A stretch of DNA of 32,865 nt from contig JBKJLC010000276.1 of NCBI GenBank assembly GCA_046597055.1, positions 1 through 32,865 of the forward strand, in the 5' to 3' direction. The position numbers and the translations under genes are program-made. The DNA is from Kofleriaceae bacterium. GTDB lineage: Bacteria; Myxococcota_A; Polyangia; Haliangiales; Haliangiaceae. The notes under the pieces are model-generated. The model did no database searches. It saw nothing but the letters and a program-made list of their open reading frames with translations, and had not been told where the DNA came from. This document shows, one piece after another, positions 1 through 7,051 of the stretch (its first letter is position 1; every line of letters starts with the position of its first letter).

Positions 1-268
1 ACCAGCACGGAGGACGAGCCGAGGCGGGGACGAGGTCCCAGGCGCGCTCGTAAATTCCCCGGCCGGGTGGCGTGTGCGTCGGCGGGTCGGGGCAATGGCA
101 CCGGCGTGCGTCACGCCCGGGGACCCCGGATCGAGCAAGCGCCGGGACCTCGGCCTCGCCGACGGCGAGGCCGGCCGCGGGTGCCCCCGCCTCAGCAGGT
201 GCGGGACAGGGCGGTCGAAGGCGGTCCCGAGCGGCAGCGGGTCGAACGGTCGGGCGGCGCGTGCGTGC

Positions 269-325
269 GGTCAGCGCAGGTGCGCGCGGTCGGCGCAGGT
301 GCGCGTGGTCAGCGCAGGTGCGCGC
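269..325. repeat. Three tandem 19-bp direct repeats overlapping the stop codon of the 309-1325 gene
   Basis: ggtcagcgcaggtgcgcgc (269-287), ggtcggcgcaggtgcgcgt (288-306), ggtcagcgcaggtgcgcgc (307-325); the third copy encodes the terminal AHLR-stop on the minus strand. Confidence 0.85.
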
Positions 326-1325
326 ACTTCGGATGCGTCGCGAGGTGCGGGGGCGTGCAGGTCGCCGGCAGCGAGCACGACAGGCCGCCGACCTCGCCGA
401 CCACGACGATGCGGTCGTCGTCCTCGACCAGCGTGATCGGTGAGAGCCGCCGGACGTACTCGACCAGCGCCGCCTGGAACGGCCAGTCGGCGCGCGCGAT
501 CACGATGCGGTCGGTGCCGGCCGCGAAGTCGAGGTGGTTGTCGCGCCCCTCCGCGATGAAGCTGTTCATGATCGTCCGGAACGTGCGGGTGTCGCCGCCG
601 CCGACCCAGCCGCCGCGGGTCTGATCGAAGATCACCAGGCCGGCGACCTCGATCCGGGTGATCGAGTTGGCGGCGTCGGCGTTGAGGTACATGCAGGTCC
701 CGGCCACCGGATCGCAGTCGGTGGGGCCGACCCGGATCCGGGTGGTGCCGGCGCAGGTCACCGTGTACTTGAGCCCGGCGGCGTGCAGGAAGCCGCCGGC
801 GCGGTCGCCGAGGAGGTTGGCGCCGAACGTGGTCCGGGCGTCGTCGGCGTAGGCCGACACCCCTTGCTCGAGCGCGCGCTTGATCTGCGCGCCGGTCAGC
901 GTCATGACGACCTGATCGTTGACGAACGGGAACCAGCCCTCGACGTCGGTGCGCGAGAGCGGACCCGGGCCATAGCGGTTGCCGATGCGCGCGGTCTCGC
1001 TCGACCACGCCAGCGTGGGTGGCCCCGAGTTGGCCCCGCCGCGGATCGCGCCGCCCTGCACGAAGGCGATGTCGATGGGCGCACCGGTCCGGGTCCTGCC
1101 CTCGATGAGGAGCGCGTCGGCCATCAGGTTGGCGATGCCACCCTCCGAGGTGCGCACGTCCTCCATCTGGGTCGAGCCCTGGTTGGTGAGCGCGCCGATG
1201 ATCTCGGCCTCGACGGTGGCATCGGGGCTGGCCGCGTCATCGCCAGCGCACCCGGCCACCAGCGTGACCAGGACCAGCGCGGCGCCCCCGGCGGGGCCAG
1301 ACCGGTGTCGGATCGAGCGGCTCAT
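309..1325 (-). CDS. Lipoprotein with a stand-alone 5'-nucleotidase C-terminal domain (338 aa)
   Basis: Lipobox LVAGC; 5_nucleotid_C-like motifs RTSEGGIANLMADA, DIAFVQGGAIRG, FPFVNDQVVMTLTGAQIKRALE, NSFIAEGRDN; SD GGAGGGGG upstream; no metallophosphoesterase motifs seen. Confidence 0.8.
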   Translation of the reverse strand: MSRSIRHRSGPAGGAALVLVTLVAGCAGDDAASPDATVEAEIIGALTNQGSTQMEDVRTSEGGIANLMADALLIEGRTRTGAPIDIAFVQGGAIRGGANSGPPTLAWSSETARIGNRYGPGPLSRTDVEGWFPFVNDQVVMTLTGAQIKRALEQGVSAYADDARTTFGANLLGDRAGGFLHAAGLKYTVTCAGTTRIRVGPTDCDPVAGTCMYLNADAANSITRIEVAGLVIFDQTRGGWVGGGDTRTFRTIMNSFIAEGRDNHLDFAAGTDRIVIARADWPFQAALVEYVRRLSPITLVEDDDRIVVVGEVGGLSCSLPATCTPPHLATHPKCAHLR

Positions 1326-1358
1326 GATGTCGTCCCCCTCCGTCTCGATCCCACCGTA

Positions 1359-4300
1359 TCAATACTTCCACTCGGCCGACACCGAGAATCGCCGACCCGG
1401 GCGCGGCAGGAAGTAGCCGTACGCCGGGCGCGGCTCGAGCTGCAAGATCAGCGGCTCGGCGACGTCCGCGTCGGTCACGTTGTGGATGAACGCCCGCACC
1501 GCCAGCGGCCGGCCGCCGAAGGTGGCCTGGTGCGACACGCCGACGTCGGCGTAGCGGTAGCCGGGATGGCGGAACGCGAACCGGAGCTGCTCGAACACCG
1601 TGCGGGCGTCGTTGGCGCTGTCGCTGACGCCGTGGAAGGTCAGCGTCATCCGCACCATTCGGAGGCGCCGGTACCAGCCGCGGTCGCGGTCGCCCAGCAG
1701 CTCGCCGGCCAGCCCGAACGGCCGCAGCGACATGCCCAGGTTGAGCCGGCGCTCGGGAACCGCGCGGATGTCGTCGGTGGTGACCACGTACTCGGCCGGA
1801 CAGCTACCGTCGGACGCCTCGCGGATGCAAGTGCCGAGCTGGCGCGGGTCGACCCGCGAGGCGTTGGCGAACACGAAGTCATGGGCGGTGAGGCGCAGGT
1901 CGAGCTCGGCCTCGATGCCGGTGACCCGGTGGCCGTTGAGGTTGATGATCTGGTAGCCGGCCGGGTTGAACAGCGGATCGGCCGCGAGGATGTCGGCGGT
2001 CCGCATCTCGAACAGGTTCATCCGCAGCGCCAGGGCGCCGCCGTAGGGCTCGAGCTGGCGGCGGCGGGCCGGGCCCAGCCAGTTGCCGATCGTGCTGATC
2101 GGGCGCAGCTCGACGCCGAGCTCGGTGACCTTGGTGGTCTGCGGCTCGAGGTTCTCGTTGGGGATGCGGAAGGTCGAGTCGGTGACCTTGGTGGTCGAGT
2201 CGTAGAGCTCGGCGAAGGTCGGCGCGCGGAACGCCCAGCCGTGGATCAGCTTGAGCGTGACGCCGGCGAGCCCGCCGCCCAGGGTCGGCGCCGCGACGAT
2301 GGCGCCCCGCGGATTGGCGGTGAGGTAGCGCTTGCGGTCGGCGGCGCGGCCGGCGTCGTCGGGAGCGCGGTAGTCCGAGAACGCGTCGAAGCGCACGCCG
2401 CCGGTCAGCCAGGTCTCGGCGATCGGGTTGCCCGGCAGCTGGAGCTGGGCCTCCCCGTAGGTGGACAGCTGGAAGCGATCGGCCTCGCGCTGGTCGAGGG
2501 CGAGATCATCGTAGTTCTGGTAGCCACGGGTCGGGATGCCCTGGTCGCTCAGTTGCTGCTTCACCGCGTCGCTGAAGTTGGCGTCGGAGATGAGCGAGCC
2601 GAGATACTCGACGTAGTTCTGATCGTACGAGAACGCGCTGATCGCGCCGTACTCGGCGAGCGCGCCCAGCGTGAGCGTGCCGCGCGTCCACAGCGGCCGG
2701 GTCCGCGGCAGCTGCCAGCGCAGCTGCGGCTCGAGCGTCACCGTGTGCGTGTGATACGCGGTACGGCGGCGCAGGCCGTCGGGCGCCGGGATCGGGTTGG
2801 CCCGGCTGGTGAAGTCGTCCGGACGCACCTGGAGATCATCGTCGACCGCGAGCAGGCCATACGAGAGCCGGGTGGTCAGCTCGAGCCGGCGGCCGAGCGG
2901 CACCGTGTAGTCGAGCGGCACGTGCACGGTGACCTGCCGCAGCTGGGCGTTGGTGGCCAGGGTCTCGGCCGGCCCGAAGTTGGGGCCGCGATCGTGGACG
3001 AACAGCTTGGGCTGGAGCTGCAGCCGATCGCCGGCGCGCACCACGGCGTCGCCGCGCAGCGTGGCGGTGAGCGCGAACCGCCGGTGGGCGTCGTTCAGGT
3101 AGCGCGGGTCGTCGGCGGCGAAGGGGCCGTTCAGGTCGTAGGGCATCCGCATCCGGGCGCCCTGGCTGGCCTCGAACAGCGCCGCTACCCCGAGGTCCCA
3201 GCCGCGCCAGCGCGTGGTCTGACGCAGGTAGCCGCTGCTGGCGAAGGTGTTGGTGTCGTGGAAGGCCGACCCCGACGGGAACCAGGTGCCGCCGACCACC
3301 GCGGTGTCACCGGCGCGGGCGTCGAAGGTGAGCACGCTGATCACGCCGGCGAACGCGTTGGTGCCGTACAGCGCCGAGCCGGGGCCCCGGATGACCTCGA
3401 TCCGGCGGATGTCGTCGATCGGCAGGTCGTACGAGACCGCGCCATCGTAGAGGCTGTTCAGGCGCACCCCGTCGAGCAAGACCAGCAGGTCGGCCGGCGC
3501 CTTCTGGCCGCGGAACAGCAGGTCGTAGTCGCCGAGGTTGGTGTAGCGGTGGGTGAAGCCCGGCACCAGCTGCAGCGCCTCGGCCAGGTTGGTGACGCCG
3601 AGCGCGCGCAGGTCGTCGTGGGTCAGCACGCTGACGATCGACGGCGCCTTCGATCGCTGCTGGGCCCAGCGCGAGGCCACGCTGACGATCTCCTCCTTGA
3701 CCCGGAAGAACGCCAGCTCCGAGCCGTCGGTCGCCCACGGGTCGCGCTCGCCGCGGGTGTCCTCGGCGCCGGCGACCAGCGGTGCGGCCGCGAAGTCGTC
3801 GTCCGACAGTTCGGCGATCGACGCGTACACGTCGTCGGCCAGGCGGGCCAGCGACGCCGACAGCGGCAGGCCGACCGCGGCGGCGGCGGCCTGGTTGACG
3901 ACCAGCGCGGTGCCGACCGGGGCCGCGACCCCGAGCTGGTCGGGGCGGGCCTCGCCGTCGAGGATCTCGGCGGCCATGGTGGCGGCCTGCGAGCCGAGGT
4001 CGGCGTCGTTGACCTCGACCGCCATCGCCGCCCCGACCTCCACGAACTCGCGGGAGAACGCGACCAGCGGCAGCCGGTGGCGCCGGGCGGCGGCGACCAG
4101 CGCCAGGAAGCCCTCGGGCGTGTACACGGCGGGGTCGGCCAGCGGATAGACCGCGGTGTCGACCGCGGCGCCGCCGAACCGGGCCAGCCGATCGAGGCGG
4201 TGGATCGGCACGACCTCGATCGCGATGCCGAGGACCTGCCCGGCCTGGCGCAGCTCGACCAGCGCCGGCGGCTGGTGCCGCTCCGAGCGGGTGACGACCA

Positions 4301-4748
4301 CCACCCGGCGCAGGCCGGGGACCAGCAGCTTCATCTGGGTCAGCTGGGCGTCGGCCGGGACCTCGAGCGCGACCCCGGCGACGTGGCCGCGCCCGAGCGC
4401 GCCGCGGTACGAGCGCCAGTCGAGGACGCTGGTGAACACCACCGGCACCTCGTGCTGCGCGGAGGCGGCCACGTGCGCCGCGCGGGCCCCGACCGCGAAC
4501 ACCAGCGCGACGTCGCGATCGAGCAGGCCGTCGACCAGGCGCTCGGCCGCCGCCCGATCATCGTCGAGCACGTGGGTCTCGATCCGGACGCCCGGGACGG
4601 TGAGCACCAGCGTGTCGCGGAACGCCTGGGCCGGTCGCTGGTAGGCGGCGACCGCGCTGCTCTGGAGGATCACGACCCGCGGTTGCGGGGCCGCCCGCGC
4701 CGCCGTCACCGACGCGGCGATCAGGGCGAGGACGATCAGCCACCTCAT
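1359..4748 (-). CDS. TonB-dependent receptor with an N-terminal ABC-type substrate-binding domain (ABC_sub_bind-like), 1129 aa
   Basis: Start MRWLIVLALIAAS (ATG 4748, GGAGG SD, ATGA overlap with upstream stop). About 3825-4690 is SBP-like (VPVVFTSV, LLVPGLRRV, LGSQAATMAAEILDG, LVVNQAAAAAVGL). Plug motifs APSIVSVLT, LAEALQLVPG, LLVLLDG, IRRIEVIRGPGSALYGTNAFAGVI; barrel motifs AFRAPTFAELY, NENLEPQT; C-terminal PGRRFSVSAEWKY. Confidence 0.9.
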   Translation of the reverse strand: MRWLIVLALIAASVTAARAAPQPRVVILQSSAVAAYQRPAQAFRDTLVLTVPGVRIETHVLDDDRAAAERLVDGLLDRDVALVFAVGARAAHVAASAQHEVPVVFTSVLDWRSYRGALGRGHVAGVALEVPADAQLTQMKLLVPGLRRVVVVTRSERHQPPALVELRQAGQVLGIAIEVVPIHRLDRLARFGGAAVDTAVYPLADPAVYTPEGFLALVAAARRHRLPLVAFSREFVEVGAAMAVEVNDADLGSQAATMAAEILDGEARPDQLGVAAPVGTALVVNQAAAAAVGLPLSASLARLADDVYASIAELSDDDFAAAPLVAGAEDTRGERDPWATDGSELAFFRVKEEIVSVASRWAQQRSKAPSIVSVLTHDDLRALGVTNLAEALQLVPGFTHRYTNLGDYDLLFRGQKAPADLLVLLDGVRLNSLYDGAVSYDLPIDDIRRIEVIRGPGSALYGTNAFAGVISVLTFDARAGDTAVVGGTWFPSGSAFHDTNTFASSGYLRQTTRWRGWDLGVAALFEASQGARMRMPYDLNGPFAADDPRYLNDAHRRFALTATLRGDAVVRAGDRLQLQPKLFVHDRGPNFGPAETLATNAQLRQVTVHVPLDYTVPLGRRLELTTRLSYGLLAVDDDLQVRPDDFTSRANPIPAPDGLRRRTAYHTHTVTLEPQLRWQLPRTRPLWTRGTLTLGALAEYGAISAFSYDQNYVEYLGSLISDANFSDAVKQQLSDQGIPTRGYQNYDDLALDQREADRFQLSTYGEAQLQLPGNPIAETWLTGGVRFDAFSDYRAPDDAGRAADRKRYLTANPRGAIVAAPTLGGGLAGVTLKLIHGWAFRAPTFAELYDSTTKVTDSTFRIPNENLEPQTTKVTELGVELRPISTIGNWLGPARRRQLEPYGGALALRMNLFEMRTADILAADPLFNPAGYQIINLNGHRVTGIEAELDLRLTAHDFVFANASRVDPRQLGTCIREASDGSCPAEYVVTTDDIRAVPERRLNLGMSLRPFGLAGELLGDRDRGWYRRLRMVRMTLTFHGVSDSANDARTVFEQLRFAFRHPGYRYADVGVSHQATFGGRPLAVRAFIHNVTDADVAEPLILQLEPRPAYGYFLPRPGRRFSVSAEWKY

Positions 4749-5503
4749 GGCGCCCTCCAGCTGGTGTAGTCGAGCAGACGGAGCGTGGCCCGCCCGGTCC
4801 GGCTCTGGTCCATGGTCGCGAACCCGGCGACCACCCGCGCGAGGTCCCGGGCGCCGACCTCGCCGGTCGCGCACAGCGGCGCGTTGGGGATCGGCGCCGA
4901 GCGATACAGCTCGACCAGGCCGTCGGCGAGCGCGCGATCGACCCGGGCCAGCTCGGCCAGGGTCGCGGGCGTGACGTAGGCCGCGTCGGCGCGCTGGAAC
5001 GTCAGCCCGAGGAGCGCATCGAAGCCCTTGGTCACGCGCAAGACGCGCGGCTTGCGGGGCGCGCGGAGGCTGCGGGCCAGCGGCAGGCCCTGGACCGCGG
5101 CCGGCGACGAGGTGGTGGCGACCACCTTGATGTCGACCGCGCGCGTGCCCTTCCGGACCAGCAGCACCTTGTGATGGGTGCTGGCGAGGCCGCGGAGCGG
5201 CACCATCACGACCCGGACCTCGAGCCCGAGCTCGCGCGCGGTCTCGGGCGCGATGATGACGAGGTCGAGGCGCCGGTCCAGCAGGTGCCGGCGCAGATCG
5301 GCGAGCCGGGTGAACGCGATGAACCGGGCATCGGGATCGATCGTGCGCAGGAACGCCGTCATCGTGGTCCGCAGCTGCCCGACGTTGGCGAGGTTGGCGT
5401 CGGGATCGAACATCGCCACGTCGAGGTCAGCGCGCGCGACCCGGGGTGCGGTCAGGAGCCACGCCGCGACCACGACCTGGACCAGAGCCCGGCGCGCGCC
5501 CAC
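4745..5503 (-). CDS. PhnD/SsuA/transferrin-fold periplasmic substrate-binding protein (252 aa)
   Basis: Signal peptide ending ARA; motifs KVLLVRK, DALLGLTFQRADAAYVT, LYRSAPIPNAPL, MDQSRTGRATLRLL resembling phosphate/phosphonate-binding type II SBPs; GTG start 3 nt after the upstream stop. Confidence 0.7.
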   Translation of the reverse strand: MGARRALVQVVVAAWLLTAPRVARADLDVAMFDPDANLANVGQLRTTMTAFLRTIDPDARFIAFTRLADLRRHLLDRRLDLVIIAPETARELGLEVRVVMVPLRGLASTHHKVLLVRKGTRAVDIKVVATTSSPAAVQGLPLARSLRAPRKPRVLRVTKGFDALLGLTFQRADAAYVTPATLAELARVDRALADGLVELYRSAPIPNAPLCATGEVGARDLARVVAGFATMDQSRTGRATLRLLDYTSWRAP

Positions 5504-5506
5504 GAC

Positions 5507-5983
5507 TCAGTCGTGCCCCAGGAACGCGAGATAGCGATCGGTCAGCCCGTCGAAGATCATCGGCGTCTGGCAGGTCGGGCACGCCCGCGCCGGCATCACT
5601 GCGCGGTCGGCCGCGAGCTCGGCGGCGACGTCGAGCTCGACCGAGTGCTCGGCCCGGCAGTGCAGGCAGGTGTAGGTGGCGAGGATGGTCTCGACCACCG
5701 CGCCCAGCACGGCGTCAGTGACCATGTTGAACAGCGCGACCATCGGCTCGCTGGCGCGCCGGATCACGACGGGCCCGCGCGGCGTGGCATCGGCGAGGAA
5801 GCGCACCCAGCGCGACACCCCCTCGGAGTTGATGAACTCGACACCCTCGAGGTCGAGGGTGAGCGGGCCGGTCCGGGTCCGCGCCCACTCGACCAGATCG
5901 CAGCGCTCGTCGATCGAGCCGCCGAGGGCCGTGACCTCGACGCCATCGACCTGGCTTAGCTCGATGCGCAACCCGTCGCTCAC
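5507..5983 (-). CDS. STAS-like anti-anti-sigma protein with C-terminal Zn-ribbon (158 aa)
   Basis: True start is GTG 5983 (GTGA overlap): VSDGLRIELSQVDGVEVTALGGSIDE...LTLDLEGVEFINSEGVSRW, where INSEG matches the DSxG phospho-Ser motif; then CLHC...CPTC. Confidence 0.75.
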   Translation of the reverse strand: MSDGLRIELSQVDGVEVTALGGSIDERCDLVEWARTRTGPLTLDLEGVEFINSEGVSRWVRFLADATPRGPVVIRRASEPMVALFNMVTDAVLGAVVETILATYTCLHCRAEHSVELDVAAELAADRAVMPARACPTCQTPMIFDGLTDRYLAFLGHD

Positions 5984-6972
5984 GCGGCGCTCCGCTCGGC
6001 CGCGGTCGCCACGAACGCGTGGAACGAGGGCACCAGCTCGAGCCGCACCCCGCCCCCGCGTACGTCGAACAGCGCGATCATCTCGGTCCACCGGCCCGGA
6101 TCGAGGTTGCACACGAGGTGATGGACGCAGCTCGCGGTCAGGGCGAGGCCGAGGCCGGCGCCGGCGCCGGCGGTCCCGGCGGTCCCGGCGGGACGCGGCG
6201 CCAGGCCGGGCGTGAGCGCGCGGCGCACGCAGCGCGCCAGGGTCGCGACCGCGAGCGAGCCCCAGCGATCGACGACCTCGATCGCAAAGTAGCGGTCGTC
6301 GGCGGCCCACCGGATCGCGACCTGCTCGTCGGCGGCGAGCGCGAAGTCGTCGACCCGCTGCTGCGCCGACCGCACGTGGGTGCCGGCCTGGTCGACCGGG
6401 CCGTGGAAGAGCGCGTTGCACACCAGCTCGTCGGCGGCCTGGGCTGCCAGCCAGCGCAGACGGCTGCCGTACCCGCGCGCGGCGAGGTCGGCGATCAGCG
6501 CGGCCTGGACCCCGCGCCGATCGCCGGCGCAGGTGAGGTGGTGCGCGACCGCGACGCAGCCCCACGCCAGGTACTTCTCCATGCCGAACAGGTCGCCGCG
6601 CAGCAGCTTGAGCGCGGTCACCGCCAGCTCGTCGAGCGGGCGCGGCGGGCCGAGCGCGCCCGCGCTCGACAGGGCGAACGCGGGGAAGCGCGCCAGGTCG
6701 GCCGTCTCGACCTGGTCGTTCGCGGTCACCGCGAGCAGGCAGGCGCGGACGCCGGCGGCCGCGGCCTCCTCGAGGAAGCCGGGCTCGTCGGCGAGCACGG
6801 CGTGCTCGGCCACCAGCAACTCGGGGTGCGCGGCCAGCGCGGCCCGGCCGTCGGTGACGGTCGCGGTGACGTGGAGCGGGCGCAGCGTCGGACGCAGGTG
6901 GTCCGCAACCCCGCGCCGGACCTCCGGAGCGCGGTGGACGATGACAATTCCCCTGGGACCCGTGCCGTCCAT
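5980..6972 (-). CDS. RsbW/SpoIIAB-like GHKL serine kinase with a degenerate receiver-like N-terminus (330 aa)
   Basis: N-box ADELVCNALFHG, G1-like EVVDRWGSL, G2 GAGLGL; DLFGMEKYL linker; ATG 6972 lies just downstream of a sigma70-like promoter. Confidence 0.75.
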   Translation of the reverse strand: MDGTGPRGIVIVHRAPEVRRGVADHLRPTLRPLHVTATVTDGRAALAAHPELLVAEHAVLADEPGFLEEAAAAGVRACLLAVTANDQVETADLARFPAFALSSAGALGPPRPLDELAVTALKLLRGDLFGMEKYLAWGCVAVAHHLTCAGDRRGVQAALIADLAARGYGSRLRWLAAQAADELVCNALFHGPVDQAGTHVRSAQQRVDDFALAADEQVAIRWAADDRYFAIEVVDRWGSLAVATLARCVRRALTPGLAPRPAGTAGTAGAGAGLGLALTASCVHHLVCNLDPGRWTEMIALFDVRGGGVRLELVPSFHAFVATAAERSAA

Positions 6973-6987
6973 GTACCCCGTCCGGTC

Positions 6988-7016
6988 ACAGTATCGTCGG
7001 GGGTCTGGCTTGACAA
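6988..7016 (-). promoter_or_regulatory. Sigma70-like promoter for the kinase-STAS-SBP-TBDT operon
   Basis: Minus strand TTGTCA (7016-7011), 17-bp spacer, TACTGT (6993-6988); overlaps a plus-strand TTGACA (7010-7015). Confidence 0.6.
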
Positions 7017-7051
7017 GACTCCGGGCTGGCACGGTCTACTGGGCGCGACGC

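Noticed and set aside
1..268. Short ORFs at the left edge
   Set aside because: Arg/Gly-rich translations without motifs; no gene can be supported from the visible sequence
269..325. Possible CRISPR array
   Set aside because: The repeats are contiguous with no spacers, are only 19 bp, and there are no cas genes
534..4769. 1411-aa plus-strand ORF, and similar long ORFs such as 6019-9153, 9197-10741, 10936-13317, 13405-15741 and 18362-20161
   Set aside because: Antisense or off-frame shadows of motif-bearing genes; stop codons are scarce in very high-GC DNA; the translations have no recognisable motifs
7027..7043. TGGCAC resembling a sigma54 -24 element upstream of the phosphatase
   Set aside because: No GC at the -12 position (GG-N10 is followed by TG)
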